Assembly (NCBI GenBank): GCA_964016885.1
Contig: OZ024741.1
Location: 5,952,001 to 6,016,000, forward strand
From: Eledone cirrhosa
Taxonomy: Eukaryota
Length of the DNA: 64,000 bases
Direction of reading: 5' to 3'
In this document: positions 11,080 through 24,504 of the stretch, in pieces
Layout of the letters: each line of letters begins with the position of its first letter
How positions within the stretch are numbered: position 1 is the stretch's first letter
Program-made: the position numbers and the translations under genes
The notes under the pieces: model-generated
Told to the model about the DNA's origin: nothing
Database searches by the model: none
Seen by the model: the letters and a program-made list of their open reading frames with translations, nothing else

Positions 11080-14000
11080 CAAAACGAAAAACGGGAAGGC
11101 TTCTTTCAATAGGGCAGCATCCCAAAAGGAAGAAAGGGGTCGTTTGTTTAAATAGGGCAGCACCCCAGAAATAAGAAAGGGAACGCTTGTGTCAATAGGG
11201 CAGCACCCCAAAAGGAAGAAAGGGACGGCTTGTTTCAATAGGGCAGCACCCCAAAAGGAAGAAAGGGAAGGCTTGTTTCAATAGGGCAGCACCCCAAAAC
11301 GAAGAACGGGAAGGCTTGTTTCAATAGGGCAGCACCCCTATAAGAAGAAAGGGAACGCTTGTTTCAATAGGGCAGCACCCCTAAAGGAAGAAAGGGAACG
11401 CTTGTTTCAATAGGGCAGCACCCCAAAAGGAAGAAAGGGGAGGCTTGTTTCAATAAGGCAGCACCCCAAAAGGAAGAAAGGGAAGGCTTAATTCAATAGG
11501 GCAGCAGCCCAAAAGGAAGAAAGGGAAGGCTTGTTTCAATAGGACAGCACCCCAAAGGGAAGAAAGGGAAGGCTTGTTTCAATAGGGCAGCATCCCAAAA
11601 GGAAGAAAGGGAACGCTTGTTTCAATAGGACAGCACCCCAAAAGGAAGTAAGGGAACGTTTGTTTCAATAGGGCAGCACCCGAAAATGAAGAAAGGGAAG
11701 GCGTGTTTCAATAGGGCAGGATCCCAAAAGGAAGAAAGGGAAGGCTTGTTTCAATAGGGCAGCACCCCAAAAGGAAGAAAGGGAAGGCTTGTTTCAATAG
11801 GGCAGCACCCCAAAAGGAAGAAGGGAAGGCTTGTTTCAATATGGCAGCTCCCCAAAACGTAGTAAGGGAAGGCTTGTTTCAATAGGGCAGCATCCCAAAA
11901 GGAAGAAAGGGAAGGCCTGTTTCAATAGGGCAGCAGCCCAAAAGGAAGAAAGGGAAGGCTTGTTTCAATAGGGCAGCACCCCAAAACGAAGAACGGTAAG
12001 GCTTGGTTCCATAGGGCAGCATCCCAAAAGGAAGAAAGGGAACGTTTGTTTCAATAGGAGAGCACCCCAGAAGGAAGAAAGGGAACGCTTGTGTCAATAG
12101 GGCAGCACCCCAAAAGGAAGAAAGGGAAGGCTTGTTTCAATAGGGCAGCACACTAAAAGGAAGAAAGGGAACGCTTGTTTCAATAGGGCAGCACCCTTAA
12201 AAGAAGAAAGGGAACGCTTGTTTCAACAGGGCAGTACCCCTATAGTAAGAAAGGGAACGCTTGTTTAAATAGGGCAGCACCCCAAAAGGAAGAAAGGGAA
12301 CGCTTGTTTCAATAGGGCAGCACCCCTAAAGGAAGAAAGGGAACGCTTGTTTCAATAGGGCAGCGCCCCAAAAGGAAGAAAGGGAACGCTTGTTTAAATA
12401 GGGCAGCACCCCAAAAGGAAGAAAGGTAACGCTTGTTTCAATAGGGCAGCACCCCAAAAGGAAGAATGGGAAGGCTTAATTCAATCGGGCAGCACCCCAA
12501 AAGGAAGAAAGGGAACGCTTGTTTCAAAAGGGCAGCACCCCAAAAGGAAGAAAGGGAAGGCTTGTTTCAAAAGGGCAGCACCCGAAAAGGAAGTAAGGGA
12601 AGGCTTGTTTCAATAGGACAGCACCCGAAAAGGAAGTAAGGGAAGGCTTGTTGCAATAGGGCAGCACACTAAAAGAAAGAAAGGGAACGATTGTTTCAAT
12701 AGGGCAGCATCCCAAAAGGAAGAAAGAGGACGCTGGTGTCAATAGGGCAGCACCCCAAAACGAAAAACGGGAAGGCTTCTTTCAATAGGGCAGCATCCCA
12801 AAAGGAAGAAAGAGGTCGTTTGTTTCAATAGGGCAGCACCCCAGAAAGAAGAAAGGGAACGCTTGTGTCAATAGGGCAGCACCCCAAAAGGAAGAAAGGG
12901 AAGGCTTGTTTCAATAGGGCAGCACCCCAAAAGGAAGAAGGGGAAGGCTTGTTTCAATAGGGCAGCACCCCAAAACGAAGAACGGGAAGGCTTGTTTCAA
13001 TAGGGCAGCAACCCTAAAAGAAGAAAGGGAACGCTTGTTTCAATAGGGCAGCACCCCTAAAGGAAGAAAGGGAACGCTTGTTTCAATAGGGCAGCACCCC
13101 AAAAGGAATAAAGGGAAGGCTTGATTCAATAGGGCAGCTCCCCAAAACATAGTAAGGGAAGGCTTGTTTCAATAGGGCAGCATCCCAAAAGGAATAAAGG
13201 GAAGGCCTGTTTCAATAGGGCAGCACCCCAAAAGGAATAAAGGGAAGGCTTGTTTCAATAGGGCAGCACCCCAAAACGAAGAACGGTAAGGCTTGGTTCC
13301 ATAGGGCAGCATCCCAAAAGGAAGAAAGGGAACGTTTGTTTCAATAGGGCAGCACCCCAGAAGGAAGAAAGGGAACGCTTGTGTCAATAGGGCAGCACCC
13401 CAAAAGGAAGAAAGGGAAGGCTTGTTTCAATAGGGCAGCACCCTAAAAGGAAGAAAGGGAACGCTTGTTTCAATAGGGCAGCACCCTTAAAAGAAGAAAG
13501 GGAACCCTTGTTTCAATAGGGCAGTACCCCTATAGTAAGAAAGGGAACGCTTGTTTCAATAGGGCAGCGCCCCAAAAGGAAGAAAGGGAACGCTTGTTTA
13601 AATAGGGCAGCACCCCAAAAGGAAGAAAGGTAACGCTTGTTTCAATAGGGCAGCACCCCAAAATGAAGAAAGTGAATGGTTGTTTCAATAGGGCAGTACC
13701 CCAAAAGGAAGAAAGGGAAGGCTTAATTCAATAGGGCAGCACCCCAAAAGGAAGAAAGGGAACGCTTGTTTCAAAAGGGCAGCACCCCAAAAGGAAGAAA
13801 GGGAAGGCTTGTTTCAAAAGGGCAGCACCCGAAAAGGAAGAAAGGGAAGGCTTGTTTCAATAGGACAGCACCCGAAAAGGAAGAAAGGGAAGGATTGTTG
13901 CAATAGGGCAGCACACCAAAAGGAAGAAAGGGAACGATTGTTTCAATAGGGCAGCATCCCAAAAGGAAGAAAGGCAACGTTTGTTTCAATAGGGCAGCAC

Positions 14001-17000
14001 CCCAAAAGGAGGAAAGAGGACGCTGGTGTCAATAGGGCAGCACCCCAAAACGAAAAACGGGAAGGCTTCTTTCAATAGGGCAGCATCCCAAAAGGAAGAA
14101 AGGGGTCGTTTGTTTCAATAGGGCAGCACCCCAGGAAGAAGAAAGGGAACGCTTGTGTCAATAGGGCAGCACCCCAAAAGGAAGAAAGGGACGGCTTGTT
14201 TCAATAGGGCAGCACCCCAAAAGGAAGAAAGGGAAGGCTTGTTTCAATAGGGCAGCACCCCAAAACGAAGAACGGGAAGGCTTGTTTCAATAGGGCAGCA
14301 CCCCTATAAGAAGAAAGGGAACGCTTGTTTCAATAGGGCAGCACCCCTAAAGGAAGAAAGGGAACGCTTGTTTCAATAGGGCAGCACCCCAAAAGGAAGA
14401 AAGGGGAGGCTTGTTTCAATAAGGCAGCACCCCAAAAGGAAGAAAGGGAAGGCTTAATTCAATAGGGCAGCAGCCCAAAAGGAAGAAAGGGAAGGCTTGT
14501 TTCAATAGGACAGCACCCCAAAGGGAAGAAAGGGAAGGCTTGTTTCAATAGGGCAGCATCCCAAATGGAAGAAAGGGAACGCTTGTTTCAATAGGACAGC
14601 ACCCCAAAAGGAAGAAAGGGAACGTTTGTTTCAATAGGGCAGCACCCGAAAATGAAGAAAGGGAAGGCGTGTTTCAATAGGGCAGGATCCCAAAAGGAAG
14701 AAAGGGAAGGCTTGTTTCAATAGGGCAGCACCCCAAAAGGAAGAAATGGAAGGCTTATTTCAATAGGGCAGCACCCCAAAAGGAAGAAGGGAAGGCTTGT
14801 TTCAATAGGGCAGCTCCCCAAAACGTAGTAAGGGAAGGCTTGTTTCAATAGGGCAGCATCCCAAAAGGAAGAAAGGGAAGGCCTGTTTCAATAGGGCAGC
14901 AGCCCAAAAGGAAGAAAGGGAAGGCTTGTTTCAATAGGGCAGCACCCCAAAACGAAGAACGGTAAGGCTTGGTTCCATAGGGCAGCATCCCAAAAGGAAG
15001 AAAGGGAACGTTTGTTTCAATAGGGCAGCACCCCAGAAGGAAGAAAGGGAACGCTTGTGTCAATAGGGCAGCACCCCAAAAGGAAGAAAGGGAAGGCTTG
15101 TTTCAATAGGGCAGCACACTAAAAGGAAGAAAGGGAACGCTTGTTTCAATAGGGCAGCACCCTTAAAAGAAGAAAGGGAACGCTTGTTTCAACAGGGCAG
15201 TACCCCTATAGTAAGAAAGGGAACGCTTGTTTAAATAGGGCAGCACCCCAAAAGGAAGAAAGCGAACGCTTGTTTCAATAGGGCAGCACCCCTAAAGGAA
15301 GAAAGGGAACGCTTGTTTCAATAGGGCAGCGCCCCAAAAGGAAGAAAGGGAACGCTTGTTTAAATAGGGCAGCACCCCAAAAGGAAGAAAGGTAACGCTT
15401 GTTTCAATAGGGCAGCACCCCAAAATGAAGAAAGTGAATGGTTGTTTCAATAGGGCAGTACCCCAAAAGGAAGAATGGGAAGGCTTAATTCAATCGGGCA
15501 GCACCCCAAAAGGAAGAAAGGGAACGCTTGTTTCAAAAGGGCAGCACCCCAAAAGGAAGAAAGGGAAGGCTTGTTTCAAAAGGGCAGCACCCGAAAAGGA
15601 AGTAAGGGAAGGCTTGTTTCAATAGGACAGCACCCGAAAAGGAAGTAAGGGAAGGCTTGTTGCAATAGGGCAGCACACTAAAAGAAAGAAAGGGAACGAT
15701 TGTTTCAATAGGGAAGCATCCCAAAAGGAAGAAAGAGGACGATGGTGTCAATAGGGCAGCACCCCAAAACGAAAAACGGGAAGGCTTCTTTCAATAGGGC
15801 AGCATCCCAAAAGGAAGAAAGAGGTCGTTTGTTTCAATAGGGCAGCACCCCAGAAAGAAGAAAGGGAACGCTTGTGTCAATAGGGCAGCACCCCAAAAGG
15901 AAGAAAGGGAAGGCTTGTTTCAATAGGGCAGCACCCCAAAAGGAAGAAGGGGAAGGCTTGTTTCAATAGGGCAGCACCCCAAAACGAAGAACGGGAAGGC
16001 TTGTTTCAATAGGGCAGCAACCCTAAAAGAAGAAAGGGAACGCTTGTTTCAATAGGGCAGCACCCCTAAAGGAAGAAAGGGAACGCTTGTTTCAATAGGG
16101 CAGCACCCCAAAAGGAATAAAGGGAAGGCTTGTTTCAATAGGGCAGCTCCCCAAAACATAGTAAGGGAAGGCTTGTTTCAATAGGGCAGCATCCCAAAAG
16201 GAATAAAGGGAAGGCCTGTTTCAATAGGGCAGCACCCCAAAAGGAATAAAGGGAAGGCTTGTTTCAATAGGGCAGCACCCCAAAACGAAGAACGGTAAGG
16301 CTTGGTTCCATAGGGCAGCATCCCAAAAGGAAGAAAGGGAACGTTTGTTTCAATAGGGCAGCACCCCAGAAGGAAGAAAGGGAACGCTTGTGTCAATAGG
16401 GCAGCACCCCAAAAGGAAGAAAGGGAAGGCTTGTTTCAATAGGGCAGCACCCTAAAAGGAAGAAAGGGAACGCTTGTTTCAATAGGGCAGCACCCTTAAA
16501 AGAAGAAAGGGAACCCTTGTTTCAATAGGGCAGTACCCCTATAGTAAGAAAGGGAACGCTTGTTTCAATAGGGCAGCGCCCCAAAAGGAAGAAAGGGAAC
16601 GCTTGTTTAAATAGGGCAGCACCCCAAAAGGAAGAAAGGTAACGCTTGTTTCAATAGGGCAGCACCCCAAAATGAAGAAAGTGAATGGTTGTTTCAATAG
16701 GGCAGTACCCCAAAAGGAAGAAAGGGACGGCTTAATTCAATAGGGCAGCACCCCAAAAGGAAGAAAGGGAACGCTTGTTTCAAAAGGGCAGCACCCCAAA
16801 AGGAAGAAAGGGAAGGCTTGTTTCAAAAGGGCAGCACCCGAAAAGGAAGAAAGGGAAGGCTTGTTTCAATAGGACAGCACCCGAAAAGGAAGAAAGGGAA
16901 GGATTGTTGCAATAGGGCAGCACACCAAAAGGAAGAAAGGGAACGATTGTTTCAATAGGGCAGCATCCCAAAAGGAAGAAAGGCAACGTTTGTTTCAATA

Positions 17001-20000
17001 GGGCAGCACCCCAAAAGGAGGAAAGAGGACGCTGGTGTCAATAGGGCAGCACCCCAAAACGAAAAACGGGAAGGCTTCTTTCAATAGGGCAGCATCCCAA
17101 AAGGAAGAAAGGGGTCGTTTGTTTCAATAGGGCAGCACCCCAGGAAGAAGAAAGGGAACGCTTGTGTCAATAGGGCAGCACCCCAAAAGGAAGAAAGGGA
17201 CGGCTTGTTTCAATAGGGCAGCACCCCAAAAGGAAGAAAGGGAAGGCTTGTTTCAATAGGGCAGCACCCCAAAACGAAGAACGGGAAGGCTTGTTTCAAT
17301 AGGGCAGCACCCCTATAAGAAGAAAGGGAACGCTTGTTTCAATAGGGCAGCACCCCTAAAGGAAGAAAGGGAACGCTTGTTTCAATAGGGCAGCACCCCA
17401 AAAGGAAGAAAGGGGAGGCTTGTTTCAATAAGGCAGCACCCCAAAAGGAAGAAAGGGAAGGCTTAATTCAATAGGGCAGCAGCCCAAAAGGAAGAAAGGG
17501 AAGGCTTGTTTCAATAGGACAGCACCCCAAAGGGAAGAAAGGGAAGGCTTGTTTCAATAGGGCAGCATCCCAAAAGGAAGAAAGGGAACGCTTGTTTCAA
17601 TAGGACAGCACCCCAAAAGGAAGAAAGGGAACGTTTGTTTCAATAGGGCAGCACCCGAAAATGAAGAAAGGGAAGGCGTGTTTCAATAGGGCAGGATCCC
17701 AAAAGGAAGAAAGGGAAGGCTTGTTTCAATAGGGCAGCACCCCAAAAGGAAGAAATGGAAGGCTTGTTTCAATAGGGCAGCACCCCAAAAGGAAGAAGGG
17801 AAGGCTTGTTTCAATAGGGCAGCTCCCCAAAACGTAGTAAGGGAAGGCTTGTTTCAATAGGGCAGCATCCCAAAAGGAAGAAAGGGAAGGCCTGTTTCAA
17901 TAGGGCAGCAGCCCAAAAGGAAGAAAGGGAAGGCTTGTTTCAATAGGGCAGCACCCCAAAACGAAGAACGGTAAGGCTTGGTTCCATAGGGCAGCATCCC
18001 AAAAGGAAGAAAGGGAACGTTTGTTTCAATAGGGCAGCACCCCAGAAGGAAGAAAGGGAACGCTTGTGTCAATAGGGCAGCACCCCAAAAGGAAGAAAGG
18101 GAAGGCTTGTTTCAATAGGGCAGCACACTAAAAGGAAGAAAGGGAACGCTTGTTTCAATAGGGCAGCACCCTTAAAAGAAGAAAGGGAACGCTTGTTTCA
18201 ACAGGGCAGTACCCCTATAGTAAGAAAGGGAACGCTTGTTTAAATAGGGCAGCACCCCAAAAGGAAGAAAGCGAACGCTTGTTTCAATAGGGCAGCACCC
18301 CTAAAGGAAGAAAGGGAACGCTTGTTTCAATAGGGCAGCGCCCCAAAAGGAAGAAAGGGAACGCTTGTTTAAATAGGGCAGCACCCCAAAAGGAAGAAAG
18401 GTAACGCTTGTTTCAATAGGGCAGCACCCCAAAATGAAGAAAGTGAATGGTTGTTTCAATAGGGCAGTACCCCAAAAGGAAGAATGGGAAGGCTTAATTC
18501 AATCGGGCAGCACCCCAAAAGGAAGAAAGGGAACGCTTGTTTCAAAAGGGCAGCACCCCAAAAGGAAGAAAGGGAAGGCTTGTTTCAAAAGGGCAGCACC
18601 CGAAAAGGAAGTAAGAGAAGGCTTGTTTCAATAGGACAGCACCCGAAAAGGAAGTAAGGGAAGGCTTGTTGCAATAGGGCAGAACACTAAAAGGAAGAAA
18701 GGGAACGATTGTTTCAATAGGGCAGCATCCCAAAAGGAAGAAAGAGGACGCTGGTGTCAATAGGGCAGCACCCCAAAACGAAAAACGGGAAGGCTTCTTT
18801 CAATAGGGCAGCATCCCAAAAGGAAGAAAGAGGTCGTTTGTTTCAATAGGGCAGCACCCCAGAAAGAAGAAAGGGAACGCTTGTGTCAATAGGGCAGCAC
18901 CCCAAAAGGAAGAAAGGGAAGGCTTGTTTCAATAGGGCAGCACCCCAAAAGGAAGAAGGGGAAGGCTTGTTTCAATAGGGCAGCACCCCAAAACGAAGAA
19001 CGGGAAGGCTTGTTTCAATAGGGCAGCAACCCTAAAAGAAGAAAGGGAACGCTTGTTTCAATAGGGCAGCACCCCTAAAGGAAGAAAGGGAACGCTTGTT
19101 TCAATAGGGCAGCACCCCAAAAGGAATAAAGGGAAGGCTTGTTTCAATAGGGCAGCTCCCCAAAACATAGTAAGGGAAGGCTTGTTTCAATAGGGCAGCA
19201 TCCCAAAAGGAATAAAGGGAAGGCCTGTTTCAATAGGGCAGCACCCCAAAAGGAAGAAAGGGAAGGCTTGTTTCAATAGGGCAGCACCCCAAAACGAAGA
19301 ACGGTAAGGCTTGGTTCCATAGGGCAGCATCCCAAAAGGAAGAAAGTGAACGTTTGTTTCAATAGGGCAGCACCCCAGAAGGAAGAAAGGGAACGCTTGT
19401 GTCAATAGGGCAGCACCCCAAAAGGAAGAAAGGGAAGGCTTGTTTCAATAGGGCAGCACCCTAAAAGGAAGAAAGGGAACGCTTGTTTCAATAGGGCAGC
19501 ACACTTAAAAGAAGAAAGGGAACCCTTGTTTCAATAGGGCAGTACCCCTATAGTAAGAAAGGGAACGCTTGTTTCAATAGGGCAGCGCCCCAAAAGGAAG
19601 AAAGGGAACGCTTGTTTAAATAGGGCAGCACCCCAAAAGGAAGAAAGGTAACGCTTGTTTCAATAGGGCAGCACCCCAAAATGAGGAAAGTGAATGGTTG
19701 TTTCAATAGGGCAGTACCCCAAAAGGAAGAAAGGGAAGGCTTAATTCAATAGGGCAGCACCCCAAAAGGAAGAAAGGGAACGCTTGTTTCAAAAGGGCAG
19801 CACCCCAAAAGGAAGAAAGGGAAGGCTTGTTTCAAAAGGGCAGCACCCGAAAAGGAAGAAAGGGAAGGCTTGTTTCAATAGGACAGCACCCGAAAAGGAA
19901 GAAAGGGAAGGATTGTTGCAATAGGGCAGCACACCAAAAGGAAGAAAGGGAACGATTGTTTCAATAGGGCAGCATCCCAAAAGGAAGAAAGGCAACGTTT

Positions 20001-20470
20001 GTTTCAATAGGGCAGCACCCCAAAAGGAGGAAAGAGGACGCTGGTGTCAATAGGGCAGCACCCCAAAACGAAAAACGGGAAGGCTTCTTTCAATAGGGCA
20101 GCATCCCAAAAGGAAGAAAGGGGTCGTTTGTTTCAATAGGGCAGCACCCCAGGAAGAAGAAAGGGAACGCTTGTGTCAATAGGGCAGCACCCCAAAAGGA
20201 AGAAAGGGACGGCTTGTTTCAATAGGGCAGCACCCCAAAAGGAAGAAAGGGAAGGCTTGTTTCAATAGGGCAGCACCCCAAAACGAAGAACGGGAAGGCT
20301 TGTTTCAATAGGGCAGCACCCCTATAAGAAGAAAGGGAATGCTTGTTTCAATAGGGCAGCACCCCTAAAGGAAGAAAGGTAACGCTTGTTTCAATAGGGC
20401 AGCACCCCAAAAGGAAAAAAGGGGAGGCTTGTTTCAATAAGGCAGCACCCCAAAAGGAAGAAAGGGAAGG
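11080..20470. repeat. Higher-order repeat of 3009 bp (70 monomers, one of them 42 bp), ~3 tandem copies, built from related 31-mer (1333 bp) and 39-mer (1676 bp) halves
   Basis: ORF-track landmarks at 12524/15533/18542, 13169/16178/19187, 13771/16780/19789 and 14845/17854 are all 3009 apart (70x43-1). The MTQAF landmark is spaced 1676, 1333, 1676, 1333. The first copy lacks one monomer near 12455 (11879 to 14845 = 2966). Confidence 0.93.
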
Positions 20471-23400
20471 CTTGTTTCAATAGGACAGCACCCCAAAAGG
20501 AAGAAAGGGAAGGCTTGTTTCAATAGGGCAGCATCCCAAAAGGAAGAAATGGGACGCTTGTTTCAATAGGACAGCACCCCAAAAGGAAGAAATGTAAGGC
20601 TTGTTTCAATAGGACAGCACCCCTAAAGGAAGAAAGGGATGGCTTGTTTCAATGGGGCAGCACCCGAAAATGAAGAAAGGGGAGGCTTGTTTCAATAGGG
20701 CAGCATCCCAAAAGGAAGAAAGGGAACGATTATTTCAATAGCGCAGCATGCCAAAAGGAAGAAAGGGGACGCTTGTTTCAATAGGGCAGCACCCCAAAAG
20801 GAATAAAGTCGAGGCTGGTTTCAATAGTGCAGCACCCCAAAAGGAAGAAAGGGAAGGCTTGTTTCAATAGGGCAGCCCCCACAAAAGGAAGAATGGGAAC
20901 GTTTGTTTCAATAGGACAGCACCCGAAAAGGAAGAAAGGGAAGGCGTGTTTCAATAGGGCAGCATCCCAAAAGGAAGAAAGGGAAGGCTTGTTTCAATAG
21001 GGCAGCATCCCAAAAGGAAGAAAGGGAAGGCTTGTTTCAATAGGGCAGCACCCCAAAACGAAGAACGGGAAGGCTTGTTTCAATAGGGCAGCATCCCAAA
21101 AGGAAGAAAGTGGACGTTTGTTTCAATAGGGCCACACCCCAGAAGGAAGAAAGGGAACGCTTGTGTCAATAGGGCAGCACCCAAAAGGAAGAAAGGGAAG
21201 GCTTGTTTCAATAGGGCAGCAGCCCAAAACGAAGAACGGGAAGGCTTGTTTCAATAGGGCAGCACCCCAGAAGGAAGAAAGGGAACGTTTGTTTCAATAG
21301 GGCAGCACCCGAAAAGGAAGAAAAGGAATGCGTGTTTCAATAGGGCAACATCCCAGAAGGAAGAAAGGGAACGATTGTTTCAATAGGGCAGCATCCCAAA
21401 AGGAAGAAAGGGAACGTTTGTTTCAATAGGGCAGCACCCCAGAAGGAAGAAAGGGGACGCTGGTGTCAATAGGGCAGCACCCCAAAAGGAAGAAAGGGAA
21501 GGCTTATTTCAATAGGCAGCATCCTAAAAGGAAGAAAGGGAACGTTTGTTTCAATAGGGCAGCACCCCAGAAGGAAGAAAGGGAACGCTTGTGTCAATAG
21601 GGCAGCACCCCAAAAGCAAGAAAGGGAGGGATTGTTTCAATAGGGCAGCACCCCAAAAGGAAGAAAGGGAAGGCTTGTTTCAATAGGGCAGCACCCCTAA
21701 TGGAAGAAAGGGAACGTTTGTTTCAATAGGGCAGCACACCTAAAGGAAGAAAGGGAACGCTTGTTTCAATAGGGCAGCACCCCTATAGTAAGAAAGGGAA
21801 CGCTTGTTTCAATAGGGCAGCTCCCCAAAAGGAAGAAAGGGAAGGCTTGTTTCAATAGGGCAGCACCCCAAAAGGAAGAAAAGGAAGGCTTATTTCAATA
21901 GGGCAGCCCACCAAAATGAAGAAAGGGAAGGCTTGTTTCAATAGGACAGCACCCCAAAAGGAAGAAAGGGAAAGTTTGTTTCAATAGGGCAGCACCCGAA
22001 AAGGAAGAAAAGGAAGGCGTGTTTCAATACGGCAGCATCCCAAAAGGAAGAAAGGGAACGCTTGTTTCAATAGGGCAGCACCCCAAAAGGAAGAAACGGA
22101 AGGCTTGTTTCAATAGGGCAGCACCCCAAAAGGAAGAATGGGAAGGCTTGTTTCAATAGGGCAGCTCCCCAAAACGTAGTAAGGGAAAGCTTGTTTCAAT
22201 AGGGCAGCATCCCAAAAGGAAGAAAGGGAAGGCTTGTTTCAATAGGGCAGCACCCCAAAACGAAGAACGGGAAGGCTTGTTTCAATAGGGCAGCACCCCA
22301 AAAGGAAGAAAGGGGACGCTGGTTTCAATAGGACAGCACCCCAAAAGGAAGAAAGGGAAGGCTTATTTCAATAGGCAACATCCTAAAAGGAAGAAAGGGA
22401 ACGTTTGTTTCAATAGGGCAGCACCCCAGAAGGAAGAAAGGGAACGCTTGTGTCAATAGGGCAGCACCCCAAAAGGAAGAAAAGGAAGGCTTGTTTCAAT
22501 AGGGCAGCAAACCAAAAGGAAGAAAGGGAAGGCTTGTTTCAATAGGGCAGCACCCCTAAAGGAAGAAAGGGAACGTTTGTTTCAATAGGGCAGCACACCT
22601 AAAGGAAGAAAGGGAACGCTTGTTTCAATAGGGCAGCACCCCAAAAGGAAGAAAGGGAACGCTTGTTTCAATAGGGCAGCTCCCCAAAAGGAAGAAAGGG
22701 AACGCTTGTTTCAATAGGGCAGCACCCCAAAAGGAAGAATGGGAACGCTTGTTTCAATAGGGCAGCTCCCCAAAAGGAAGAAAGGGAACGCTTGTTTCAA
22801 TAGGGCAGCTCCCCAAAAGGAAGAAAGGGAACGCTTGTTTCAATAGGGCAGCTCCCCAAAAGGAAGAAAGGGAACGCTTGTTTCAATAGGGCAGCTCCCC
22901 AAAAGGAAGAAAGGGAAGGCTTGTTTCAATAGGGCAGCACCCAAAAAGGAAGAATGGGAACGCTTGTTTCAATAGGGCAGCTCCCCAAAAGGAAGAAAGG
23001 GAAGGCTTGTTTCAATAGGGCAGCACCCCAAAAGGAAGAATGGGAACGCTTGTTTCAATAGGGCAGCTCCCCAAAAGGAAGAAAGGGAAGGCTTGTTTCA
23101 ATAGGGCAGCACCCCAAAAGGAAGAAAGGGAAGGCTTATTTCAATAGGGCAGCCCACCAAAATGAAGAAAGGGAAGGCTTGTTTCAATAGGACAGCACCC
23201 CAAAAGGAAGAAAGGGAACGTTTGTTTCAATAGGACAGCACCCGAAAAGGAAGAAAGGGAATGCGTGTTTCAATAGGGCAACATCCCAAAAGGAAGAAAG
23301 GGAACGATTGTTTCAATAGGGCAGCATCCCAAAAGGAAGAAAGGGAACGTTTGTTTAAATAGGGCAGCATCCCAGAAGGAAGAAGGGGAGGCTTATTTCA

Positions 23401-24504
23401 ATAGGCAGCATCCTAAAAGGAAGAAAGGGAACGTTTGTTTCAATAGGGCAGCACCCCAGAAGGAAGAAAGGGAATGCTTGTGTCAATAGGGCAGCACCCC
23501 AAAAGCAAGAAAGGGAGGGCTTGTTTCAATAGGGCAGCACCCCAAAAGGAAGAAAGGGAAGGCTTGTTTCAATAGGGCAGCACCCCTAAAGGAAGAAAGG
23601 GAACGTTTGTTTCAATAGGGCAGCACACCTAAAGGAAGAAAGGGAACGCATGTTTCAATAGGGCAGCACCCCAAAAGGAAGAATGGGAACGCTTGTTTCA
23701 ATAGGGCAGCTCCCCAAAAGGAAGAAAGGGAAGGCTTATTTCAATAGGACAGCACCCCAAAAGGAAGAAAGGGAACGTTTGTTTCAATAGGGCAGCACCC
23801 TAAAAGGAAGAAAAGGAAGGCGTGTTTCAATAGGGCAGCACCCCAAAAGGAAGAAAGGGAAGGCTTGTTTCAATAGGGCAGCACCCGAAAAGGAAGAAAG
23901 GGAAGGCTTGTTTCAATAGGGCAGCTCCCCAAACGTAGTAAGGGAAGGTTTGTTTCAATAGGGCAGCACCCCAAAACGAAGAACGTGAAGGCTTGTTTCA
24001 ATAGGGCAGCACCCCAAAAGGAAGAAAGGGAACGTTTGTTTCAATAGGGCAGCATCCGAAAGGAAGAAAGGGAACGTTTGTTTCAATAGGGCAGCACCCC
24101 AGAAGGAAGAAAGGGGACGCTGGTGTCAATAGGGCAGCACCCCAAAATGAAGAAAGGGAAGGCTTAATTCAATAGGCAGCATCCTAAAAGGAAGAAAGGG
24201 AACGTTTGTTTCAATAGGGCAGCACCCCAGAAGGAAGAAAGGGAACGCTTGTGTCAATAGGGCAGCACCCCAAAAGGAAGAACAGGAAGGCTTGTTTCAA
24301 TAGGGCAGCACACCAAAAGGAAGAAAGGGAAGGCTTGTTTCAATAGGGCAGCTCCCCAAAAGGAAGAAAGGGAAGGCTTATTTCAATAGGGCAGCACCCG
24401 AAAAGGAAGAAAAGGAAGGCGTGTTTCAATAGGGCAGCACCCCTATAGTAAGAAAGGGAAGGCTTATTTCAATTGGCAGCATCTTAAAAGGAAGAAAGGG
24501 AACG

